From Trichomonas gallinae (Eukaryota), in the NCBI GenBank assembly GCA_008369845.1, contig MRSU01010994.1, positions 1 through 42,601 of the forward strand: a DNA stretch of 42,601 nt, in the 5' to 3' direction. Positions within the stretch are counted from its first letter, which is position 1, and each line of letters begins with the position of its first letter. Both the position numbers and the translations under genes were made by a program. The notes under the pieces were generated by a model. The model saw nothing but the letters and a program-made list of their open reading frames with translations, was not told the DNA's origin and did no database searches. Of the stretch, positions 9,908 through 18,717 are shown piece by piece.

Positions 9908-9996
9908 CGCACCTTTATCTGCTCTAGATTTACGTTATTCATTTTTGACATATGTAAGAAATTGGATGTCGGCATTTTAGTAATGATGCTTTAAAA

Positions 9997-10092
9997 AAAG
10001 TGACTATTTTTTATTGCTTTTTCAAAACGTTTGGTTGGACGAAAAAGTGACTGGTTTACAAAATTACTTCCCTAGTGAAGTACAAAAGTGAC
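9997..10092 (+). promoter_or_regulatory. Three AAAGTGAC motifs upstream of the Swi5-like gene
   Basis: AAAGTGAC at 9997, 10044 and 10085, with the ATG at 10105. The same motif occurs near 18321, 25124 and 38112. It resembles a reported Trichomonas core-promoter motif (from memory). Confidence 0.6.
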
Positions 10093-10104
10093 AAAATTTT
10101 TATA

Positions 10105-10590
10105 ATGGATCCATTGAGTGTATTAGAGGCTGCGAGGGCACCGCTAAGCATTGAAGAAATCAAGGAGTATAGCGGGTCTTTGTTCGAAGAGAATAGAATT
10201 GACGCTTTAATACGCTCGGGAGAAATTGCAGAAATTAAAGGAGCGCCTGGAGTATATTGGAGTGTTCCACCTGCTTTAAGGAAGAGATCTAACCAGTCTA
10301 GAAAAGTTTTTTCTCCAGCTTCTTCAAAGCAAAGGGAATCTGATACAAAAAAGATCATTGAGTTAAGAAACAAGATCAATACTATATCGGCCGAGTTTGA
10401 TGCTCTTAAACAAAGAAATTTAGACCTACCAACAGAAAAAGAAACCCAAATGCATATCGAAAGACTTCATAAATTAAACGAGACACGCGATGAAGGAGTT
10501 AAACTAGTCGAAAAACTAGCTGCTGTTGATGGAACTTCAGTCCACTCAATATACGAAAGATTCGATATCGATGAAAACATGTTGAAATAA
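10105..10590 (+). CDS. SWI5: Swi5/Sae3 recombination mediator with an N-terminal winged-helix-like extension
   Basis: The C-terminal HIERLHKLNETRDEGVKLVEKLAAVDGTSVHSIYERFDI matches the Swi5 consensus HI..LH.YNE.KD.G..L...A...G......Y..F. The first ATG is at 10105; the ORF track starts at GTG 10075. Confidence 0.82.
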   Translation: MDPLSVLEAARAPLSIEEIKEYSGSLFEENRIDALIRSGEIAEIKGAPGVYWSVPPALRKRSNQSRKVFSPASSKQRESDTKKIIELRNKINTISAEFDALKQRNLDLPTEKETQMHIERLHKLNETRDEGVKLVEKLAAVDGTSVHSIYERFDIDENMLK

Positions 10591-11117
10591 ATAAAATGTT
10601 GTATTTTACACCTGGAACTATATATAAATACAGATTTTATGTATAATTAAGTTCAATTAAAATATACTACTCCTACATGATATGAAAAAATTTAAACTGA
10701 TTAATTACCAAGCATCTATCATAATTTTTGTTGTTTTTTATATGATATCATATGACAAATATGATATTGTCACTAAAATATTAAATGAATGAATTGAAAC
10801 TAAAAACTAGGTTGCTAGAATACATATGATGTTATTTTTGTGGCATATTATATAAAAATTATGGGGTAAAATATATTGGTGTCGCATAATATAAAAAATC
10901 TGAAAAATAAGCAAAATATAGTTAATTATATGGTTTATGTGTTGTATAAACAAGTCTCCAAAGACATTGGTTCAATATAATAAATGGAATTAGATAGCTT
11001 TTCATTTTAATTTGAGTTTTACCGAAATATTGTAAGTGTTATAGCGAAATATGAAGTAAAAAACGCAAAATAAAAAAGTGAAGCCAAAGATAGATGTCAC
11101 TTTTTCTAAAAATATTA

Positions 11118-11606
11118 ATGTTGCAAAAGTTCAAGAAATTCATTCTTTCACCATTCGAAAACACAAACTTGGTTCCTCCAGAGTTAGAAATTCCCATATC
11201 AACCATTTCAATCCCATCTCTTTTCTACTGCATGATTCTTGTTTCGATTTCTTTTGTCATCATTTCTGCTGGCACCATTTTCTGCTGGGTTCAAGGCATT
11301 GACTTCATGCCACTCATTAGAGGTTCAAATGGCAAGCCACAATACTTAGTTTTCGCTCAAGGTGTTTCATATCAAACTGGCGCTGAAGGTTTTATTGCAT
11401 CTGTTGTTTACATTTTAACAGCACTTTCTTTGCTTTCGGCATGCTACGCTATCAAATCTCCACAAGCTAACGAATCTGAATTTGATTTCTTTACCCAATG
11501 CTTATCATTGTTCGGATATTCTACACCTGTCTGGATCATCTGCTCAATACTCACGTTCAGAAGCAAAATAGGATCTTATTTCCCAAATCCTTTCCCAATG
11601 AACTAA
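11118..11606 (+). CDS. OSTC: Oligosaccharyltransferase subunit OSTC/DC2 (OST3/OST6 family, TM-only form)
   Basis: PF..L.PP.L.IP, VSISFVIISAGTIF, G.P...VF..G...Q...EGFIAS and 3 TM helices follow the OSTC layout. The initiator TCACT at 11097 lies downstream of ATG 11094, which favours ATG 11118. Confidence 0.72.
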   Translation: MLQKFKKFILSPFENTNLVPPELEIPISTISIPSLFYCMILVSISFVIISAGTIFCWVQGIDFMPLIRGSNGKPQYLVFAQGVSYQTGAEGFIASVVYILTALSLLSACYAIKSPQANESEFDFFTQCLSLFGYSTPVWIICSILTFRSKIGSYFPNPFPMN

Positions 11607-11708
11607 AAAGCGGATTGATGTGGTCTCTTCTCTTCTAAATACACAGTGTTTAATATATTACTGATTTTAATATAATATATAAAATATATTTACATACAAA
11701 AAAATCTA

Positions 11709-13289
11709 TTATTGAGCCTCTTCTAAGAGGCAAAGATGCATAATTGCTGGATAGTAAGCGTATTGTTCATCTGTTTTCAAGATTTTTCTGAGATTTGTTT
11801 CGATTTCGTGTTGATTTGCTTTTTCTCCTGCATTTTTAACATAATTATATGCTTCAACGAAAGCATCGAGTCCTATTGCTTTCTCAAGTCTAACGCGAAG
11901 CATCTCAATTCGTTCGAAAAGCGACATATTTTCGTCAATGTCTGCTAAAATGCTTGTTCCTGTGAAATAATGGCTTCCAAACTTGTCATTCATTGTTATC
12001 GGCTTATCATCTGTCGCATCCGGAGGTTTTTCGAAAATGCTTTGTGCAATTGCGGCCAAAGAAGCGAATTCGTCATCTTCTTCGTCATCGCTGTCATCTG
12101 ATATGTGAATTATGTCTGAAAGATTCATTTTCTGTGGTGGTGGAACTTCTTCCCCTTCTTCAATAAATAATTCGGGATGTTTTTGGCGAAAAACTTGTTC
12201 AAGAAGGTCATCTCTCTTCCTGCGGACTTTTTCTTTGATGTCCTCCTCTTGTGGGGCTGGGGCAACCGGTTCTTCGTCCTGTGGAGGTACTTTTATGCCT
12301 TCCAATCTCATTGTCGAACTTAAATCGCTTCCTTGTGGCTTTTGCTTCTTCGGGGACTGTATTTCGAGGTTCTGGAAGTCTCTTTTGAGCTCATCGTCCA
12401 TCTTTTGCTTCGTGAGAATCTTATTTGGCTTGCATTTTTTAGATTTACGTGATTTGTGCCCTTTCTTTTCAACAATCTTGATAGACTGGTCTAGAATGCA
12501 GTGTAATTGCGACATTATGAAGTCAAAGTTGAGAATCTTGTTTATATTCGGACGACGAGATGGGAATTTTTGAAGTAAAGCAGAAACAAGATTTCTGAGA
12601 TTAGACGAGAATATGTATGGTATAGGCGTAGTGTTTCCCTTGAGTATTTTGCGAATTAACGTAGGAATGCTTTTTCCTTCGTATGGAACTCTCTGCGCGC
12701 ATAGTTCATACAAAAGGCAGCCGAGGGCCCACACCTCTGTCTTATCCGTATATTGTTTTCCCTGGCAAATCTCAGGGGCCAAAAAGAAAGGAGAAGTTTG
12801 AGCAGTTTGCGTAAAATTCGTTGTTCCCATCATTATCCTCGTATTTACCATGCCTGCAAGCTTGAGCATCCCGTTTCGAAGGAAGACAACGTTCTGTGCT
12901 TGAATTGAATGATGCAATATTCCTCTGTCATGCATATATTTCAACGCAAGGCATATTTGCGTGAACCAGTCAAGTATCTGGTCCTCATTGAATAACATTC
13001 CTTGCGCTTTTTTAATTTTTTGTTCTAAATTTCCTCCTTGCGCGAAATCCATGACAGTATACAAGGAATCATCTTGAATAAACGCTGAATGGTACTTCAA
13101 TATATTCGGGTGATCGAGTGTCGTGAACAAAAGCTCTTCTTCTAGTACAGAATCCCAATCTTCCCGCGGCATCGATGCTAGGGACTGTTTGCGTATAACA
13201 ACGTGATGCGTTGTGGACTTGTCAAGATAAAGTGTGTATTTTCCGTTGGAATCTGCACTGATTTCTCTCTGCAATATATAGTTTTTCAT
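11709..13289 (-). CDS. NEK1-like (NIMA) pseudokinase
   Basis: NEK signatures LDHPNILKY, ILDWFTQICLALKYMHDR, LAPEICQGKQY and VWALGCLLYEL, plus a NEK1-like C-terminal RIEMLRVRLEKAIG domain. The catalytic motifs are degenerate. Confidence 0.88.
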   Translation of the reverse strand: MKNYILQREISADSNGKYTLYLDKSTTHHVVIRKQSLASMPREDWDSVLEEELLFTTLDHPNILKYHSAFIQDDSLYTVMDFAQGGNLEQKIKKAQGMLFNEDQILDWFTQICLALKYMHDRGILHHSIQAQNVVFLRNGMLKLAGMVNTRIMMGTTNFTQTAQTSPFFLAPEICQGKQYTDKTEVWALGCLLYELCAQRVPYEGKSIPTLIRKILKGNTTPIPYIFSSNLRNLVSALLQKFPSRRPNINKILNFDFIMSQLHCILDQSIKIVEKKGHKSRKSKKCKPNKILTKQKMDDELKRDFQNLEIQSPKKQKPQGSDLSSTMRLEGIKVPPQDEEPVAPAPQEEDIKEKVRRKRDDLLEQVFRQKHPELFIEEGEEVPPPQKMNLSDIIHISDDSDDEEDDEFASLAAIAQSIFEKPPDATDDKPITMNDKFGSHYFTGTSILADIDENMSLFERIEMLRVRLEKAIGLDAFVEAYNYVKNAGEKANQHEIETNLRKILKTDEQYAYYPAIMHLCLLEEAQ

Positions 13290-13577
13290 TCTATTTTATA
13301 AAAAATGGCAAAAATCAAACGACAAGTTTATATTTTTATCGCATATTTAGGATCATTACCTAAAATAAACTATATTTTATTAGTTAAAATTTTCGAAAAA
13401 CTCATTATTTAATAAAAAATTAACGATTTTTGATAAATTTTGCTATATTTATATTAAATTTTCGGATTTTTGGCATCAAAAACACTATTTTAACCAAAAA
13501 TCATGAATTATATGAGAAAACAAGTCTATTTTATGCGAAATTTGGCTTTAAATTTTATCATAGAAAAAAGTAGCCAG

Positions 13578-14540
13578 ATGAAATTTGGAAGGCATAGATC
13601 GCAGTCGTGCAACTTCCTTCTCATCCTTCCTATATTCAGTATTACACTACTTGGCTACTCCATTTATAGGATTTCTATGATATATATGAACGAAAATTTC
13701 AAAACTCTAAACTTGCTATGCTTAGATAAGCCATTAAAGAGCAAATTTAGTTCAAAATCAGATGTTGTTTTCATTAGAGCGCCTATTGTAACGCAACAAC
13801 TCAAAATCGCGATAAAGTCATTAAGATCTACCGGATGTCAAGCGAATATCGTACTTTATATCAATACAGCAAATATAAAAGAAGCAAATGATTATATTTA
13901 CCTTCAAGAATATAAAGTAGAACTAATTAACGACTATGATTCAGAAATTGATCTACAAACACTTGAAAAAGAATATCTTGAGAAACATCATAACATCAAT
14001 AGACTACTTCATGTATCAAATGAGGTAATATTTTTCCAAAAAGACCCATTTTCAGATTTTCGACCAGATCAATTTGCTTTTCTCGTAGAACCAAGATCAA
14101 TAAAGAGTGTACAACCAGATTATAACAAGTTTCAAACGTGTTTCGGAGAATTAGCGAATGATGTCAAAGATGATTATATAATATCACATACAGTTTATTT
14201 TGGCAGCGCAAAACAATATCTTAAAATACTAAATATAACAACAGAAAGTAAATCAATCTACAATTGCGAAACAAACGACAGTTTTAAACATCATTTAAAT
14301 TATCTTCTTTGGTCGAACGCTTTTGCTAAAAAGAATGTTAATTACACCTTTCTGGGCTGCGAGAGTGGCTTCTTAAACCTTCATTGGTGCGTGAATAATC
14401 AAAATGTCGATTTAAACGAAAAAGGCCAAATTTTAACAGCATCAGGGTTTGTTCCATCAGCAATACAGCAATTTAACGAGATTTCGAAGTTAGAAGAATA
14501 TCTTTATAATATTTGCAAGCTAACAAGGCCTCACAAGTAG
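13578..14540 (+). CDS. Type II membrane glycosyltransferase-like protein (parabasalid-expanded family)
   Basis: N-terminal TM (FLLILPIFSITLLGYSIY), with KSLRSTGCQA, FFQKDPF, CFG and LNYLLW blocks typical of this GT-A-like family. ATG 13578 lies behind a TCAT at ~13558; ATG 13503 is an alternative. Confidence 0.6.
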   Translation: MKFGRHRSQSCNFLLILPIFSITLLGYSIYRISMIYMNENFKTLNLLCLDKPLKSKFSSKSDVVFIRAPIVTQQLKIAIKSLRSTGCQANIVLYINTANIKEANDYIYLQEYKVELINDYDSEIDLQTLEKEYLEKHHNINRLLHVSNEVIFFQKDPFSDFRPDQFAFLVEPRSIKSVQPDYNKFQTCFGELANDVKDDYIISHTVYFGSAKQYLKILNITTESKSIYNCETNDSFKHHLNYLLWSNAFAKKNVNYTFLGCESGFLNLHWCVNNQNVDLNEKGQILTASGFVPSAIQQFNEISKLEEYLYNICKLTRPHK

Positions 14541-14712
14541 ATATTATTAATCTTATCGTTAAGAGGAATAGCTTACATTAACTAATTTACTTCCAATTAT
14601 AATTCATTTTGATATATTTTGTTTTGTTCTTGTTTTTGGATGCTTTTGCATAATTTATAAATACTGTTAGTAATTTCTTATGTTTAAATCAAGTTCTTTT
14701 TATTCATTTTTG

Positions 14713-16143
14713 ATGGAAGAATTTAAAGATGATGAACAAATCATTAAAAGTCTTCGAAAAAATACAGTAAAAAAATCGAAATTAAAAGAAGATGATGAGG
14801 ATTTTCGTATGCTTTTCGCTAACATATTCCAAGATTTTCAAGATTTTGGCGATTTTACACTAGAAAAGGCCGAATTTGTTATTGGTCATCTTGCTATACT
14901 ACTAGAGGAATATGCTTCCATTGACGCTTCATTTTTAGTTGAAAAACAATTAATGGATATTATATCCCGTTATTTGTTCGAATTATCTTCCAAAAATGAA
15001 ATCTCTGGGACATTTGACTACGAAAAATACATTCCAGTTGCCGAGTTGCTTTCATCATTATTGAGAATGAAATTAATTTCACAAATGAATCTTTTAGTGT
15101 TTAAAATACTTGAGCATTTTCAGCCACTCATTGAAGGGAAGAGTTTGGAAGTATTAAAACAAAAAGAAACAATGGAAAAATATTTATTTCAAAGAAAAAA
15201 GCAATTACAAGCTTTAGCGATTTTCTACGAGTTCTTTGCGGAAGGGGATGAAATTCTGCCAAAGCTCTGCCAGAAATTCTTCAATTTTACGACAAAAAAT
15301 ATTTTAGATTTTGATGTTGAAGATGGACAAAGAAATCTTTATTTTGTTGAGTCTTACATCTTGAAACTCAAAGAAATAACGCCAAAACATTTCGAATTAG
15401 CTTTATTTATGGCATATACTTGTTTATCATCAGAAAAATCAGAATTATACGCAAATTCAATATACGTGTTGAAGGCAGCCATATATAGGAACATACATCA
15501 GGCTCAAGTCTTCTTCAGACACTTCACACAAAAAGTTTTTCCACTTTTACTTTCTGTCGAAGAGGAAACAGTAGAAGCTTGTCTAAGACTGATAGATCAG
15601 ATCCTTAACCTCCAGGAAGTCCCTTATGAAGAGATCTTGCCTCAAATCCCTGTTGGCTACATCTTACAAAACTTAGAATCATTTAGCGACGTTGTACAAG
15701 TAATGGCATCAAAATGTTTATTCAGTATTGCTATGTGTCATCCAATGGGCTGCAGCATACTTTTGGAAAGCAATTTAATCCCAGTTTTATTATCATTATT
15801 CGAATCTTGCAGCATGCTTTGCAAAATTGCGTATTTTAAGATAATTTCTGCAATAATATTGACATTGCCAGAAGAATACTTCGTTAAATTCTATTCATGC
15901 AATATTGTGAATTATATTTTCGATAGCATTGCAACGATGCCGCGAAAAGATATTGAAGCTGTTCTAATAGGTATAGAAAGAATGCTGGTGACTTTATCAG
16001 GAAGTCCTATGCTTGATCAAATAATGAGTGTTTTACAAACAACGGAAATGCTTGATGAACTTGACGCACTTAGTGATCTCAATGACCCGGTTATTTCTTT
16101 ACGCGTAGATTCGATTTTCAAGAAAATACCTGAATATTCTTGA
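14713..16143 (+). CDS. ARM/HEAT-repeat hypothetical protein
   Basis: Leucine-rich helical repeats (VEACLRLIDQIL, VQVMASKCLFSIA, NLIPVLLSL). The initiator TCATT at 14704 favours ATG 14713 over 14680. Confidence 0.72.
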   Translation: MEEFKDDEQIIKSLRKNTVKKSKLKEDDEDFRMLFANIFQDFQDFGDFTLEKAEFVIGHLAILLEEYASIDASFLVEKQLMDIISRYLFELSSKNEISGTFDYEKYIPVAELLSSLLRMKLISQMNLLVFKILEHFQPLIEGKSLEVLKQKETMEKYLFQRKKQLQALAIFYEFFAEGDEILPKLCQKFFNFTTKNILDFDVEDGQRNLYFVESYILKLKEITPKHFELALFMAYTCLSSEKSELYANSIYVLKAAIYRNIHQAQVFFRHFTQKVFPLLLSVEEETVEACLRLIDQILNLQEVPYEEILPQIPVGYILQNLESFSDVVQVMASKCLFSIAMCHPMGCSILLESNLIPVLLSLFESCSMLCKIAYFKIISAIILTLPEEYFVKFYSCNIVNYIFDSIATMPRKDIEAVLIGIERMLVTLSGSPMLDQIMSVLQTTEMLDELDALSDLNDPVISLRVDSIFKKIPEYS

Positions 16144-16303
16144 AAATAATTTTCAAAGGTTCTTCAATTGATTAAATAACGCTCTGTTTGCCGTGAAACT
16201 CTGAATTTAGGTACTCTGGGCAGATGAGTTATTGTAATAATAGCTTTGATTGTACGTCATGGTTTATAGTGACGAGTGATCTCTAATTATTTTTGCTATC
16301 CCA

Positions 16304-16741
16304 TTAATAGCTTTGATTTAAAGAGTTTTTGTCGAATCCTGAATAAATTAGGTAGCGAACAACATCTGTTTTTTCCCCGGTTGATGCTTCTATAAGTGCA
16401 TTGTTTTCAAATTTATTCACTGTTTCTTTGTTGTAGCCTCCTTCGATCAGAATCTGAACAAGGTTGAGGTTTCCATATGAATCTCTGACTTCGCTGAGGT
16501 CAAGCTTGCAGAATATTTTGATGACATCTTTTTCGCCTTTAGACGATAAGTCTTTGAGCAAAGAGTAGATCTTATTGAAGTCTTTAGTGTTCACAGCTTC
16601 GATGATGGATGAAATTCTGGAGTTGCTTGATCTGATTTGCGAGGTAAGGCGGCTGTTTTCGACTTTATGATCCGAAATTTCTTGCTGTAGTGATGAGATC
16701 CTGTTGTTGAGTCGAGAAATATCGTTTTGCAGTTTGTTCAT
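16304..16741 (-). pseudogene. Truncated coiled-coil plus ankyrin-repeat protein
   Basis: Ankyrin fragments GNLNLVQILIEGG and NNALIEASTGEKTDVVRYLI. The first repeat lacks its helix 1 and the ORF stops after ~1.5 repeats. Confidence 0.6.
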
Positions 16742-16837
16742 TTAAATATTGAGGAATTTTTTTTTTGTCGCTGCAAATTCGATATTATGTATCCACATAT
16801 CATTTAAAGACTTGATATCGAAGTAATAAAATAGTTT

Positions 16838-18280
16838 TTACATACTCTGAGTCCAGAGGAATAATTCTTTTTCAGAGGTTCCTGTTGCAAGCATGTTTCC
16901 AGCAAATGCTGTGGAAATGACTTCTTTTCCATTGTGGTCCAAGTAAATTGGCTGAACCTGTTTTGTTGTATCAAACATCACGCAAACGCCTTTCGTTGAT
17001 GGAACAGCTAAGTAAACACCATCAAGAGAAAGCGACATTTTTGCCATAAGATTCTTAACTTCGAGTTTTGGATCTTTCCATTCTCTAACTTTCGTCAGAG
17101 TCTTAATATTAGTTTCGCAAACAACGCCATCGAGGCCAAGGGAATACAATGAGTTGCCCTTGTGTTCAATGGAAACAACAGCTTTCGAATGCAATCTTGA
17201 AATTGTGTTAACAACTCTTTTTGCTCTTGTATCGATAATTCTGATGCTTCCATCCATGCAACCAGCTGCATATAGCTCTTCTGCAGGGCAAATAGAGTAA
17301 ACAGCGCTTATTGCGTTGATTGTTGATAGAACAGCTTTCTTAGAAATGTCGTAGAGCTTAACTGTTCGATCCTTTGAGCTACTCAATAGCTGATTTTTAG
17401 ATATCCAAGCAACATCTGTGCATTGATCTGTGTGATTTGATAATTCACAGCAGAATCTTCCATTTGAGAGATCCAAAATACGAATATATTTGTCTTGGCA
17501 TGATAATGAAAGGAATTGCGAGTCTGGATTATAGCGAATGTTGTTAACAATTGAGTGAGTTCCGATATTTAATGAAACAGATAAAGACGGGAGGCTCCAT
17601 TGCTTCAAGAATTTATCATCACCAACAGTAATGAATGATTTGTAGTTTGGACCGAAGCAAATTGCAGGAATTGAAGAAGAATGAGCATCTTTCTTAAGAA
17701 GAAGCTTTGAAAGAGGACGATGAGGAATTTTAGCTTTAGTTTCATCAATGTAGGCCTTAGTTTTCCTGGCTTCGTTCCTATATTTAGTAATTCCTTCTTC
17801 AATTTCGATCATGTTTTGTTTGAGCCTTTCTGTGTCTTTATTAGTGTTATCTATCTCAGATAAGATGCGCTTGAGCTTCTGATCATATTCAATTCGTTTT
17901 TGATCGAGTGTTGTAATATCAGATTCTAAATTTGTAATTTCATTCGTACGTTTGCTAATGGATTTCTGAGTTTTTAATTTTCTTTCGGTTTTGTCTTTGA
18001 TTTTTTGTTCAAGTATTTCTTTTTCAGATTTTAATTTATCAACTTCTCTAAATAGTTTGACAAGCTGTGCATTCAAAGTGTTGACATCAGATTCACCAGA
18101 TGTAATGTCTCCTTTTTGAAGAGTTTGAAGATGATTTTCTAGCTCAATTTTTTGAGCTTTGTTTTTATCATTTTCTAATTTGAGCGTCCTGTATCTATCG
18201 GATAGAAGGAATAAATCTTGCTCCAGCTGGCTCATTGGCTTCGCATCACGAATTTTCAAAGAATTTAAAATTTCACTCAT
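16838..18280 (-). CDS. ATG16: ATG16-like protein (short N-terminal helix, coiled coil, WD40 propeller)
   Basis: N-terminal ILNSLKIRD, then a ~170-aa coiled coil, then ~7 WD40 repeats (AHSSSI...GDDKFLKQW, HTDQCTDV...SSSKDRTVKLYD, GCMDGSIRIIDTR). Confidence 0.7.
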   Translation of the reverse strand: MSEILNSLKIRDAKPMSQLEQDLFLLSDRYRTLKLENDKNKAQKIELENHLQTLQKGDITSGESDVNTLNAQLVKLFREVDKLKSEKEILEQKIKDKTERKLKTQKSISKRTNEITNLESDITTLDQKRIEYDQKLKRILSEIDNTNKDTERLKQNMIEIEEGITKYRNEARKTKAYIDETKAKIPHRPLSKLLLKKDAHSSSIPAICFGPNYKSFITVGDDKFLKQWSLPSLSVSLNIGTHSIVNNIRYNPDSQFLSLSCQDKYIRILDLSNGRFCCELSNHTDQCTDVAWISKNQLLSSSKDRTVKLYDISKKAVLSTINAISAVYSICPAEELYAAGCMDGSIRIIDTRAKRVVNTISRLHSKAVVSIEHKGNSLYSLGLDGVVCETNIKTLTKVREWKDPKLEVKNLMAKMSLSLDGVYLAVPSTKGVCVMFDTTKQVQPIYLDHNGKEVISTAFAGNMLATGTSEKELFLWTQSM

Positions 18281-18717
18281 TTTTTTTGAAAAGTGTCAAA
18301 CAAATCAGGAATTTGACAAGTAAAGTGACAAAAATTATGACATAACCGTCAATTTTACTAAAAGTAACAATAAAGTTTGACATATGACATTTTTTATAAA
18401 GTTCGTCATTTGATTTCGATTTTTCGTCTAAAATAATAATTCTGAACTATAATTTGCTTAAATCTCAAAGTATAATAACACTTTTAAGGGTTTTATTTGC
18501 TGTGGTTTTATATAAGCATTATTCTAGTTAAATGCTACTAAATTTCCAATTTTTAATTCATGATGTCATTTGACATTTGACAAAAAAAATCTTTATCATC
18601 GAAATCTTGATATATGAAATGTCTCATCGTTGTGATAATATTTTATTTCATCTTCATTTTTATTAAGGTTTATATCTTGTATTTGTTCCCAATGCTTTCA
18701 GTCATTCTTAAATATTT

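Noticed and set aside
9640..9941. SRP RNA, U1 or telomerase RNA identity for the foldback
   Set aside because: The length and rod shape fit SRP, but no convincing helix-8 CAGG-GNRA-AGCAG or Alu UGU motif was found on either strand. There is no ACUUACCUG 5' end and no clear 1.5-repeat template.
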